Notes: generated by a model not told the origin, from the letters alone. Counted from the stretch's first letter, positions 10,618-23,418 are shown. The stretch is 64,000 nt of DNA from Epithemia pelagica (GCA_946965045.2 OX337228.1:1-64000); one strand, 5' to 3'. Translations and numbers: made by a program.

Positions 10618-11169
10618 CTAAAAGCTCCCAAAAAAGTGAAATATCCTTAGGGTGACCGCTCTCTTTGTTTTCAAGATTGGATCCTCTTGGGAATATTTCA
10701 TACTGACAGCAGTCATAGATACCAGCCTCCCACAAGAAGTGACCTGTAATTGTTCCCTCTCAGGCCCAATGGCTCCACAGGAGTTAGGTGAGGAGAGATG
10801 ACGCATAACATTGCTGAGTCTTGTCCAACCAACAAGACACCTGCAGGAATATCCAAGAACAGACCTCCCCGTGAAGAAGCTTTTTGCGGTATGAGGGTTT
10901 TCTTGCAAAATTTGCTCAAGGGACTGTTTATTTGCAACAAGGAGTCGGTTGTCAGTTGCTGAGACACAGACTCCATGTTGATTTAGATGCCGCTGCATGG
11001 ACCAAAGACTTTCACCAAATGATTTCTTGCATATGCCGCATCCCATACCAAAGGGTGTCACAATTGTAGCATCTAAACATGACAAGCCAATGCCCTGATC
11101 GGAACGGATCTTCTTCACAGGCCGTCTCCGGGATGGAGATGGCGTTCCAGGCCCATTGTTGGTAGCCAT
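10618..11169 (-). pseudogene. Paralogue 2b fragment, copy 2
   Basis: Array copy of 5222-5773. Confidence 0.8.
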
Positions 11170-12173
11170 TGCTGGTTTCCTCGTGTGCATGGAACAGAGG
11201 AAGAGACATAACCAGCCGACTCTCAAGCAAAAGCAAGGATGGGCCTCTTTGCAAGAGTCATAATTCATGAAACAACAATGATCTTTTGTTGGGCCAAATG
11301 AGGTTTTCAGGTGAAGATGTTGGGCCAATTGAGGTTTTCAGGTGAAGATGTTGGGCGCGAAGGGGCACGCAGGCGAGCTTTTTGCGCCAAAGAATGGGGG
11401 AACAACTAAGAGTGCGGTAATGGTTGGTAATGAGTGAAATTAAGGACTCATATTGAATATGAGTGCTTAGAAATTAGACTTGAGCGGGGCATAGACATTC
11501 TGTGCTCATCTGCACAAGGGGCAGTGCTCTTTTGCAACAAAAGGCATATATATCAGTGCTCATATGCACAGATACTATAGCCCCTTGTGCTCATATGCAC
11601 ACGTTCAAATCCTACGGTGTCTAGTACTAAAGACACCCAAAAAAGGCAAATATCCTTAGGGCTGTTCTAGTGGGCTGTTCTGCAGTGGGACAGCAGGCTG
11701 TTCTGCAGTGGGACAGGGCACTTCTGCAGTGGGACAGAGGGCGGTTCTGCAGTGGGACAAGTGGGATGGGGGCTGTTCTGCAGTGGGACGCTAGAGTCTA
11801 CGTAGGCCCACGGACAGGCACTTTCTCCTTAGGGCACAGGTAAATTCCTGGCTCAATCGCAACGGGGGTTATGATAAATTGCAGCTCATCTGCAAAATGA
11901 GCATAACAAATTTGCTCATATGCAACAAAGCACTGTAGGATATACTGCTCATATGCACACGTTCAAATCCTACGGTCTCTAGTACTAAAACATGCCAAAA
12001 AAAGGAAAAATACTTAGGGATGAGGGGCTGTGCAAAGGTGGGATGAGGGGCTGTGCGAAGGTGGGATGAGGGGCTGTGCGAAGGCGGGATGAGGGCTGTG
12101 CGAAGGCGGGATGAAGGGGAATAGTAGGAGGGGAGGGTGGGAAGCCAGGATCTACATAGCTCTACGTAGAGAC

Positions 12174-12707
12174 CTAGTTTATCCTTAGGGTGACCGCTCT
12201 CTTTGTTTTCAAGATTGGATCCTCTTGGGAATATTTCATACTGACAGCAGTCATAGATACCAGCCTCCCACAAGAAGTGACCTGCAATTGTTCCCTCTCA
12301 GGCCCAATGGCTCCACAGGAGTTAAGTGAGGAGAGATGACGCATAACATTGCTGAGTCTTGTCCAGCCAACAAGACACCTGCAGGAATATTCAAGAACAG
12401 ACCTCCCCGTGAAGAAGTTTTTTGCGGTACGAGGGTCTTCTTGCAAAATTTGCTCAAGGGACTGTTTATTTGCAACAAGGAGTCGGTTGTCAGTTGCTGA
12501 GACACAGACTCCATGTTGATTTAGATGCCGCTGCATGGACCAAAGACTTTCACTAAATGATTTCTTGCATATGCCGCATCCCATACCAAAGGGTGTCACA
12601 ATTGTAGCATCTAAACATGACAAGCCAATGCCCTGATCGGAACGGATCTTCTTCACAGGCCGTCTCCGGGATGGAGATGGCGTTCCAGGCCCATTGTTGG
12701 TAGCCAT
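12174..12707 (-). pseudogene. Paralogue 2a fragment, copy 3
   Basis: Array copy (one P to L change). Confidence 0.8.
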
Positions 12708-13090
12708 TGCTGGTTTCTTCGTGTGCATGGAACAGAGGAAGAGACATAACCAGCCGACTCTCAAGCAAAAGCAAGGATGGGCCTCTTTGCAAGAGTCATA
12801 ATTCATGAAACAACAATGATCTTTTGTTGGGCCAAATGAGGTTTTCAGGTGAAGATGTTGGGCCAATTGAGGTTTTCAGGTGAAGATGTTGGGCGCGAAG
12901 GGGCACGCAGGCGAGCTTTTTGCGCCAAAGAATGGGGGAACAACTAAGAGTGCGGTAATGGTTGGTAATGAGTGAAATTAAGGACTCATATTGAATATGA
13001 GTGCTTAGAAATTAGACTTGAGCGGGGCATAGACATTCTGTGCTCATCTGCACAAGGGGCAGTGCTCTTTTGCAACAAAAGGCATATATA

Positions 13091-15396
13091 TCAGTGCTCA
13101 TATGCACAGATACTATAGCCCCTTGTGCTCATATGCACACGTTCAAATCCTACGGTGTCTAGTACTAAAGACACCCAAAAAAGGCAAATATCCTTAGGGA
13201 AGTCTTCCTTGCGTTGGTAATCAGTTGGGAAACACTTGATTTCTCGAGGGTTGGCGAGAGTCATCTTTTGTTTTCCATCTTCGTTCTTGAAAACAGAAAA
13301 CCGTACGACGTATACATTTTTAATGCCTTCGGCCCAAGAATTGTCTGGCTTTTCAAGATCTGACGGGTGGAAAACAAAAGCCGGGTACAAAACTTCAATT
13401 GATTCTCGTTCGGCATCGTCGATATCCATGGAAACGTCCGTCTGGTAGAGTTCAATGTTTTGAGAACCGGTTGAGTGCTCAATGGGAGAATAGCTATGAT
13501 TCGGGAGAGGTGGGTGACAATCGAGCTTGTTGAGAGGAAAGAGAGGAAGATAAAGAACGTTGAATGCCCAATTATTTCTCACAGGAACAAGGCAACCAAG
13601 AGATTCATGGCGAAGTTCACATAGCACTCGAAAGACCATGTATGCTCGACTCAAGGTCATGCAAAGTTTGTGCTCAATCAAATTTTTACCTTTGTGGTGA
13701 ACACTGAACGCTTTTTCACTGTGTGAGTAGTAATACACACAGCCTCCATGCCACCGAACGTCAGAAAACAGGCTACGAGAAATTTCAGTGTATCGCATGG
13801 ACCCCAAACCTGTTCCATGAAATGCCAATTCCAAATAGGAGGCAAGGACATCAATGTCGCAGAGATCATAGTCGTCCTGAAGAACAATATCCTCTTGGGA
13901 GTAATTATTGTGACCCGATGCCAAAGTCATTGTTGTCTTGCCCATAGAACTCCAACACACGAACAGTGGATATCGTCGATTCAGTAGATTCACCCAACGA
14001 TTACCCTTGATCACCTTGCAAAGTGAAGCAACCAACTTGTCAAAGATGATCGGAATGACGTTCGACCATTTCTGAAACTTGAACATAAAACCATCAACAA
14101 GTATATCGTAGTTGTCTTGAATGGACACTTTCCGTGAAGACGGTGTGAGCGACTCTCTCCACCGCATACGCCGAATCGTACTTGCCAAAAAATTGACTGT
14201 GATGGAGTTTTGAACATTTTCCACCAGCCGAGAAGCTTTCTCATGGTAGCCCCGTCCCATGAAGTATATCATTGAGCAAATACTGGCCCGAAGCATGGCC
14301 AAAATGGCTGACAGCATTGTCGCAATGTAGGAGGGACTCCAAACAGAAAGTGTCTCTGAACCTTCTTGCCCCCGGACAACTCTCCCCGCGCAGTAGGTCA
14401 TGACTGTGGTATGATGCTGAACAGAATCCACTGTTTCTAAACACAGCTTTGCCAGTAAAGAGGGAATATCTCTAGTGAGTGGCAGAAGTTTGTGGTTGCT
14501 TTGACACAGGAACGAGAGCAATTTCTTGAACTCGGGGAGAAGTCTTTTGGGGTACGCAGTGAAGGTGAAAGTAGAAATCGCATTGGGACTTCTTGCTCCA
14601 TCAAAGACCAACAGCCTTGATCGGTAATTTGCTGGAACCATCTGGACATGGAGGGCAGCCTGTGCTGTGAGCCAGTTTTCTCCTTGATGGTACAACAAAT
14701 CAAAGAGTGGTTGATTGTCGATGATGTGTTTCAAGTTGATGGAGTCATATAAGAAATGCACTCGTTCCTTGAATGACCTTCCCTTGGGCCTGGATGGGTA
14801 AGGTTCGTCTTGGGCCAAGGGATGGAAAAGGGGTACGAAACACCCCATCATATCGGGGAGTACATGAAGAGTTGCTTGTAGTTGTGTGCTTGTTTTGAGT
14901 GAAGGGGCTTCTTGACAGGAATACTTGATCTGTAATGCCTTGAGGGAAATCATACGGCCACAGGTACTGATTTGTAGCTCCTCTTCTGTAGGGGAGGGAG
15001 CACCGCAGGTACGACCCGAGGACAAATGTCTGTACACATTTTGAAGTTTCAAGCTCCCAACAAGACAATGACATGAATAGCCCTTGACCTTTTCCCCCGT
15101 CATATATTCAGAGACACTTGAAATGTCTTGCATAACACTTTGAAGGAGGGTCATTTGATGTTCTATCAGTGACTGGCTTTCAGAACGTGAGACAGACACA
15201 CCATGGCCATTAAGGTGCCTTTGCATGGACCATAGACTGGTTCCAAACGGTTTCCCACATAGGCGACACCCCATACCAAAGGGGGTCACTAGCGTGACAT
15301 CGACAGCCTGTAGTTTGTTCTCTTCCTTTTTTTCTTCGTTGGTCTCCTCCTTGATGGAGAAGGAGTCCCTGGCCCATTATTAGAGGGGGAAGCCAT
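13091..15396 (-). pseudogene. Chimeric ORF, copy 3, frameshifted near the start
   Basis: T7 at 15327-15333 versus T8 at 4535-4542; could be a real mutation or a homopolymer error. Confidence 0.7.
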
Positions 15397-16012
15397 TGTC
15401 GATAGAGGTTTTGCTGAGAGTGTTCAAGAGACATCTTTCATCGTTCATCAAAGAAAGGGAGTGATGACCCTTTGCAGAATTGCATTGGGCCCAATTTACT
15501 GAACGAATGATGGGTAGGTACAAAGACCTAGAGGCATAAACTAGAAATGGTCAAAATGGGATTTTGATGAGAACTAGTGATGGGTGGAATGAGATTTTTC
15601 TGTGAAATGCCAGCGTCATTTGGCGGGAAAAAAGATTGTACAAAAAAGTTAGTTGGTCATTTGTGTACAAATATATGTCACTCGTACACACATATTAGCT
15701 GGTTTGTTGTAACAAGGAAATTTTGTACAGCAAACCAAAGGAAATTCAATCTTACGTTGATTCTTGTATGTAGAGTAGGGCAAGACAAAAACCTAACTGG
15801 CAGAGCTCTGAAAAGTATTTGGCCAGTATAGAGCATATTGAATATGACGGCTTTTCGGGAGTGGTCAAAGGGGCATAGACAAGGCCACTGCTCAATCGCA
15901 ACAAAAGCATAACAAATTGCAGCTCATCCGCAACAAATCCTTGCTCATATGCAACAGGCACTATAGGATTTTGTGCTCATATGCACACGTTCAAATTCTA
16001 CGGTCTCTAGTA

Positions 16013-16564
16013 CTAAAAGCTCCCAAAAAAGTGAAATATCCTTAGGGTGACCGCTCTCTTTGTTTTCAAGATTGGATCCTCTTGGGAATATTTCATACTG
16101 ACAGCAGTCATAGATACCAGCCTCCCACAAGAAGTGACCTGTAATTGTTCCCTCTCAGGCCCAATGGCTCCACAGGAGTTAGGTGAGGAGAGATGACGCA
16201 TAACATTGCTGAGTCTTGTCCAACCAACAAGACACCTGCAGGAATATCCAAGAACAGACCTCCCCGTGAAGAAGCTTTTTGCGGTATGAGGGTTTTCTTG
16301 CAAAATTTGCTCAAGGGACTGTTTATTTGCAACAAGGAGTCGGTTGTCAGTTGCTGAGACACAGACTCCATGTTGATTTAGATGCCGCTGCATGGACCAA
16401 AGACTTTCACCAAATGATTTCTTGCATATGCCACATCCCATACCAAAGGGTGTCACAATTGTAGCATCTAAACATGACAAGCCAATGCCCTGATCGGAAC
16501 GGATCTTCTTCACAGGCCGTCTCCGGGATGGAGATGGCGTTCCAGGCCCATTGTTGGTAGCCAT
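16013..16564 (-). pseudogene. Paralogue 2b fragment, copy 3
   Basis: Array copy of 5222-5773. Confidence 0.8.
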
Positions 16565-17568
16565 TGCTGGTTTCCTCGTGTGCATGGAACAGAGGAAGAG
16601 ACATAACCAGCCGACTCTCAAGCAAAAGCAAGGATGGGCCTCTTTGCAAGAGTCATAATTCATGAAACAACAATGATCTTTTGTTGGGCCAAATGAGGTT
16701 TTCAGGTGAAGATGTTGGGCCAATTGAGGTTTTCAGGTGAAGATGTTGGGCGCGAAGGGGCACGCAGGCGAGCTTTTTGCGCCAAAGAATGGGGGAACAA
16801 CTAAGAGTGCGGTAATGGTTGGTAATGAGTGAAATTAAGGACTCATATTGAATATGAGTGCTTAGAAATTAGACTTGAGCGGGGCATAGACATTCTGTGC
16901 TCATCTGCACAAGGGGCAGTGCTCTTTTGCAACAAAAGGCATATATATCAGTGCTCATATGCACAGATACTATAGCCCCTTGTGCTCATATGCACACGTT
17001 CAAATCCTACGGTGTCTAGAACTAAAGACACCCAAAAAAGGCAAATATCCTTAGGGCTGTTCTAGTGGGCTGTTCTGCAGTGGGACAGCAGGCTGTTCTG
17101 CAGTGGGACAGGGCACTTCTGCAGTGGGACAGAGGGCGGTTCTGCAGTGGGACAAGTGGGATGGGGGCTGTTCTGCAGTGGGACGCTAGAGTCTACGTAG
17201 GCCCACGGACAGGCACTTTCTCCTTAGGGCACAGGTAAATTCCTGGCTCAATCGCAACGGGGGTTATGATAAATTGCAGCTCATCTGCAAAATGAGCATA
17301 ACAAATTTGCTCATATGCAACAAAGCACTGTAGGATATACTGCTCATATGCACACGTTCAAATCCTACGGTCTCTAGTACTAAAACATGCCAAAAAAAGG
17401 AAAAATACTTAGGGATGAGGGGCTGTGCAAAGGTGGGATGAGGGGCTGTGCGAAGGTGGGATGAGGGGCTGTGCGAAGGCGGGATGAGGGCTGTGCGAAG
17501 GCGGGATGAAGGGGAATAGTAGGAGGGGAGGGTGGGAAGCCAGGATCTACATAGCTCTACGTAGAGAC

Positions 17569-18102
17569 CTAGTTTATCCTTAGGGTGACCGCTCTCTTTG
17601 TTTTCAAGATTGGATCCTCTTGGGAATATTTCATACTGACAGCAGTCATAGATACCAGCCTCCCACAAGAAGTGACCTGCAATTGTTCCCTCTCAGGCCC
17701 AATGGCTCCACAGGAGTTAGGTGAGGAGAGATGACGCATAACATTGCTGAGTCTTGTCCAGCCAACAAGACACCTGCAGGAATATTCAAGAACAGACCTC
17801 CCCGTGAAGAAGTTTTTTGCGGTACGAGGGTCTTCTTGCAAAATTTGCTCAAGGGACTGTTTATTTGCAACAAGGAGTCGGTTGTCAGTTGCTGAGACAC
17901 AGACTCCATGTTGATTTAGATGCCGCTGCATGGACCAAAGACTTTCACTAAATGATTTCTTGCATATGCCGCATCCCATACCAAAGGGTGTCACAATTGT
18001 AGCATCTAAACATGACAAGCCAATGCCCTGATCGGAACGGATCTTCTTCACAGGCCGTCTCCGGGATGGAGATGGCGTTCCAGGCCCATTGTTGGTAGCC
18101 AT
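17569..18102 (-). pseudogene. Paralogue 2a fragment, copy 4
   Basis: Array copy of 1382-1915. Confidence 0.8.
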
Positions 18103-18485
18103 TGCTGGTTTCTTCGTGTGCATGGAACAGAGGAAGAGACATAACCAGCCGACTCTCAAGCAAAAGCAAGGATGGGCCTCTTTGCAAGAGTCATAATTCA
18201 TGAAACAACAATGATCTTTTGTTGGGCCAAATGAGGTTTTCAGGTGAAGATGTTGGGCCAATTGAGGTTTTCAGGTGAAGATGTTGGGCGCGAAGGGGCA
18301 CGCAGGCGAGCTTTTTGCGCCAAAGAATGGGGGAACAACTAAGAGTGCGGTAATGGTTGGTAATGAGTGAAATTAAGGACTCATATTGAATATGAGTGCT
18401 TAGAAATTAGACTTGAGCGGGGCATAGACATTCTGTGCTCATCTGCACAAGGGGCAGTGCTCTTTTGCAACAAAAGGCATATATA

Positions 18486-19154
18486 TCAGTGCTCATATGC
18501 ACAGATACTATAGCCCCTTGTGCTCATATGCACACGTTCAAATCCTACGGTGTCTAGTACTAAAGACACCCAAAAAAGGCAAATATCCTTAGGGAAGTCT
18601 TCCTTGCGTTGGTAATCAGTTGGGAAACACTTGATTTCTCGAGGGTTGGCGAGAGTCATCTTTTGTTTTCCATCTTCGTTCTTGAAAACAGAAAACCGTA
18701 CGACGTATACATTTTTAATGCCTTCGGCCCAAGAATTGTCTGGCTTTTCAAGATCTGACGGGTGGAAAACAAAAGCCGGGTACAAAACTTCAATTGATTC
18801 TCGTTCGGCATCGTCGATATCCATGGAAACGTCCGTCTGGTAGAGTTCAATGTTTTGAGAACCGGTTGAGTGCTCAATGGGAGAATAGCTATGATTCGGG
18901 AGAGGTGGGTGACAATCGAGCTTCTTGAGAGGAAAGAGAGGAAGATAAAGAACGATGGATTGCTTGCTTCCTTGTCGGTGAATCAACCTGCCGATGGTCG
19001 TCGTACCATCGTCTTGATTGGGAATTCGGGCATGGACAAAAGTTCCGAGACGAAAGTAATCGTCAAGTTGCTCGACGTAGATGGCGCCACGGGCAGAAGT
19101 CATGATGGTGTCGGAAATCAATTCGGGAGATGAATGTGGGGTTTGTTGGGACAA
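18486..19154 (-). pseudogene. G2: 3'-truncated gene of unknown function, possibly BAH-like
   Basis: Open from ATG 19154 and cut at CCTTAGGG 18587-18594; YFRLGTFVHAR..TIGRLI and ELYQTD..PAFVFHP pattern. Confidence 0.55.
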
Positions 19155-19516
19155 CAGAACGACTAGAGATTATTGGAACGATCAAGGGCGTCCATTGTTA
19201 TCAAGAATCGGTCCGATTGGCATTAGGAGTTGCCTCCGAGTTGGTCAGTACCGGTGGAGAAAAAATGAGGGAAAACGACAATTCTGCGTCAAAATGCTTT
19301 AAGTAAGATATGTCGTGGATTTTTTCTAATTATTGGTATTTTCCGTTGAAAATAGCGCGCGAGTACGGTTTTGTAAGCGCGGGCCGTGATTTTTGGTCTT
19401 AGGGGGAGCGTGAATGTGAGCAAAATTGGTATGGAAAGGCTCCTAATGTATGCACACGTTCAAATTCTACGGTCTCTAGTACTAAAAGCTCCCAAAAAAG
19501 TGAAATATCCTTAGGG

Positions 19517-21052
19517 AGGAAATTTTCCAGATGTGATGTTCTGTACGGTGGACTCGATCGGGAGTCTTTTCAAATTTCACTGTCTCTTTGTGCATGAACT
19601 GTCATCAAAACACAAAATTGCCCGATTTTATCTCGATGAAGTGCATACACTATTCAGTGAACAGTTCAGAATGGCATATGACAACATACGGAACATCGGG
19701 CAATTTGGGGTGCCCCTCACCGCACTCTCTGGAACTCTTCCCGGGCCTCTGGTAGAAAGTCTTTATGAATACTTGGGTCTTCGTCTCGATCGATTGATTA
19801 CGGGGAGAACTCTATTGGGAAACTTCCCTAAGGGTTTCCAAATTGAGACAGTCCAATCATCACAACTAGTCCATGACACAGTGATCTGCACCAAAGGCAA
19901 AGTAACCACAGAGTCATCAACCTGTGTACATGTGATTGTGGCAACTAAACAGCAGTGTACCGACATTGCACAGTGCCTCAAGCAATCAACCAACCTTTCT
20001 GTTGACAAGCAATCAACCAACCTTTCTGTTGAAGCTCTGTCATCGGATGAGCCTTCAAGTAGACAAGAAGCAGTTGCCCAGCAGTGGAGATCTGGGGACA
20101 TCCGAATCTTGGTCTCAACAAAATGTGCACTATGTGGTAATGAGAATCACAATTGTCGACATGTGATTGTATGCGGCATGATATACAGTCTAATGAACAT
20201 CGTCCAAGCTGTGGGACGCCTACGGCCAAGTCAGAGAAAGCCTGATGGGAGTGTCACATTGTTGTATAGCACAGGACACATGGCAAGGGATCTCCAAGAA
20301 GACCAGACATTGAGGCTACTTGAAGACAAAGGATTACTGACTGGATCTGAATCAAGAGCTCACCTTGAGTTGGTGTTTGGCTCAAGTTCAATAGCAAAGT
20401 GGCTGGCCGAAAGATCATGCCGAGTACAAGGTCTGTCAAGACAATTCGGATTGGAGGTGGATTGCTGTGGTGTGTGTGATTGGTGTGTTGAACAATCAAA
20501 TCAAAGTGGACACTCCAGAGTCAGGGAGAGGGTCAGGAATGAAGACATTGATGCGGAAAGGCTGAATCCTATCTGGCAAGGCTTACAAGAGAATGCATTG
20601 TGTGCAAGGAGGCAGGATGCAATGGTGAAAGCTGTCTGCCCTATGGAGCATGCTTCAACTGTGGTCAGCCAGGTCACCAGAGAGGACAGTGCCGAGTCAA
20701 TTTCCAAACAGTCTTGAGCAACAAGGCCTGCTTTTACTGCTTTGATGTGTTCAGCAGGCGCGGCTACAAGCAACACCATCCCAGTACATGTCCTTTACAA
20801 CGAAGATTGAAGCGGCTGATGATCGATGTATATGAGTCAAGGAAGACCAATGGACAATCCAGAGCAATGACTGATTTCATGTCCAAAGTAACATGCGACA
20901 GCCATTCGTTTCATGCTTTTCTGTGTCAGAGTGTTGAACAACGGATGGGCATGACAGTGACACAGACACCTCATGCAACCACAGCAGCCAGACCATCTGT
21001 GGCACGACCAGCTCTACCAAGGAATCCATATGCAAAGAAAGCATTCAAGTAG
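19517..21052 (+). pseudogene. 5'-truncated RecQ-like (SF2) telomere-linked-type helicase with Zn-binding region and CCHC knuckle
   Basis: LDEVH (motif II), ALSGT (III), ILVST..G (V), QAVGRLR (VI), CR..CCGVCDWC, CFNCGQPGHQRGQC. Walker A is missing (cut at junction 19509-19516). One-base frameshift near 20557; 27-bp in-frame duplication (KQSTNLSV x2). Confidence 0.88.
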
Positions 21053-21275
21053 ATAGTATTAAGTTAGTAGTTACAATGTGTCGGGGTAAAGACCATCATC
21101 AAAAGGCCCATAGAAGAGTCATCTCACAAAAAATCTAATCACGTCCCACAAAAAATATTAGGCCCAAAGAATGGTCATTTCACACAAAAATCTGACCCAG
21201 TCACACTTGTAGTGACGGGAAATGAAACTAGTCGAGCTACGACTAACTAATAAGCATGGGCATAGGTATGACTAG

Positions 21276-21455
21276 AATAGGGCTGTTCTAGTGGGCTGTT
21301 CTGCAGTGGGACAGCAGGCTGTTCTGCAGTGGGACAGGGCACTTCTGCAGTGGGACAGAGGGCGATTCTGCAGTGGGACAAGTGGGATGGGGGCTGTTCT
21401 GCAGTGGGACGCTAGAGTCTACGTAGGCCTACGGACAGGCACTTTCTCCTTAGGG
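21276..21455 (+). other. End type M3 in longer context, 3' of the helicase gene
   Basis: Follows the helicase 3' flank; G-rich minisatellite, TCTACGTAG, terminal CTCCTTAGGG. Confidence 0.85.
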
Positions 21456-23418
21456 TTTCTCACCAAGCAAGGCAGATCCTGACATTTGGATGAGAAAAGC
21501 ACCTGGGGAGGATTGCTACGAATACATCGCCGTATATGTGGATGACTTAGCCATCATAGCTACTGACCCTGGAAACATTTGCAAAGGCTTCAAGGAAAAG
21601 TACAACTTCAAGCTTAAGGGAGATGGACCTATTGACTATCACCTGGGATGCCGGTACATCAAGGACCCTGACGGAACCCTAGTCTCTGATCCACGCCGAT
21701 ACATTAGCAAAATGATGGACACCTTCGAACGTATCTTCAAAGAGAAACCCAAGAAGGCTAAGACCCCTCTCATTGCTTGTGATCACCCGGAATTGGACGA
21801 CACCGAACTCCTTGATGAAGAAGGTACACAGCACTTCCAGACCTTGATTGGACAGCTTCAGTGGGTGATTACAATTGGTCGCTTTGATGTTTTTACTGCT
21901 ACGATGACCCTTTCCAGGTTCCGCGCAGCTCCAAGACAGGGACATCTCAACAGAGCTAAACGCATCTATGGATACCTTTTCAATCTTTCTGATGGTGCAA
22001 TCAGATTCCAAATCGGAGAGCCCGATTTCTCAAGCATTCCAAGTCAAGACTTTGATTGGAGTCGTACGGTCTATTCAGATGCCAAGGAATACATCCCTCA
22101 TGATTGCCCAGAACCACTTGGACGATATGTGACGACAACGCACTATGTTGATGCTAACCTTATGCACGACATGATCACAGGAAAGTCTGTAACAAACATC
22201 TCTCGAATGGGACACCAATTGATTGGTACAGCAAACGACAGAGCACTGTGGAAACGGCAACATATGGATCAGAATTTGTGGCAGCAAGGACAGCAGTCGA
22301 CCAAATCACTGAATTACGGCATTCACTTCGTTACCTTGGAGTACCAATCAGGAATCGCAGTTATCTGTTTGGAGACAATCGATCTGTGGTTGTTAACGCA
22401 ACAATGCCTCATTCTATCTTGTCCAAGAGACATCATCTCCTTTCATATCACCGGGTACGAGAAGCAATAGCAGTGCAATACGTTGCATTCTATTGGAAGG
22501 ATGGGAAGACCAACCCTGCCGACATCCTCAGCAAGCATTGGGAGTTTGCAACTATTTGGCCTCTACTCAAGCCCCAATTGTTTTGGAGAGGAGAAGTTCA
22601 AGATCTCTACGAATCCAGCGATGACAAGGCTGAACCAACGAGCTGTGGGGAGTAGTAGAACTCTCACCAAAAATCATCGGTTAGGTTCGGCACGTCATCG
22701 GTTAGTCGAGTCCCGTGGCTTCAAACATCACCTTCATCACCTACATCCACACTACATACCTAGCTTCGCGCTAGCTCAACATATATTTCGGTCGCATATA
22801 CCAAAAAGTGAGAACAGATTGACAAACGTGCTATCAAGAATCAACTTTGGTCTTGATATCCCATCAACGGACGATCATCCGTTGAACATCCGAGCCTGAC
22901 CTATGCCCTAAGCGTGCGCGCCCAAATTCGTTAAGACGCGCGCAAGAACTATCCGAGCGTGGCGACCATGTATCCGACCCAACGGTCTAAGTACACAAGG
23001 CACGAATCACGATCACGCGAGACCATATCATCGTTCCCACTATTTCAAGATTACAAACAAGGACGCGCCAACAAAACTACATATACCAACTTTAGCCAAG
23101 AATCGTTGAGGATGTATATGATATACAAGCACATATACATGTTATATACCTCACATACATCAACTCCAACCATTCCAGTCCTATCACCGCCAAGAACCTA
23201 TTTCACACGATTGACAACAAGAATGGAAACCTCACACACCAAACCTAGTAGTAAGCTCACAATCATTAACATTACCATATCATCACGTCTTCAGTGTCCT
23301 GACTATCCCTACGATAGAGCCCTTGGGTTTCCTTTGTTCTCTGACCCGTGGAGAACCTTGGTATCAGTTGGTAATCGATTGTGGCTCTTCTAGAGCGTGT
23401 ACTGACGGAATTCTACTA
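21456..23418 (+). mobile_element. 5'-truncated Ty1/copia (CoDi-like) LTR retrotransposon: RT C-terminal part, RNase H, PPT and 3' LTR
   Basis: ADPDIWMRK..YIAVYVDDL, YVDANLMHD, ETATYGSEFVAAR, NPADILSKHW; frameshift near 22195; PPT GGGGAG at 22647-22652. Confidence 0.93.
22653..23418 (+). repeat. Putative copia 3' LTR, 766 bp, ends TAGTAGAA...TTCTACTA
   Basis: Starts immediately after the PPT; 8-bp terminal inverted repeat; M2 minisatellite resumes right after 23418. Confidence 0.75.

Larger units (their letters stand above)
511..18954. repeat. Tandem array, 5396-bp unit, about 3.4 near-identical copies
   Basis: ORFs recur at 1077/6473/11869/17264 and 2299/7695/13091 (spacing 5396, 5396, 5395). 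Copies differ by a few SNPs and one 1-bp T-run deletion. Confidence 0.98.

Noticed and set aside
19826-19833. CCTTAGGG on the minus strand inside the helicase (CCCTAAGG on +)
   Set aside because: The reading frame runs through it and no end motif flanks it, so it is not a junction. It is only an unused site of opposite polarity.
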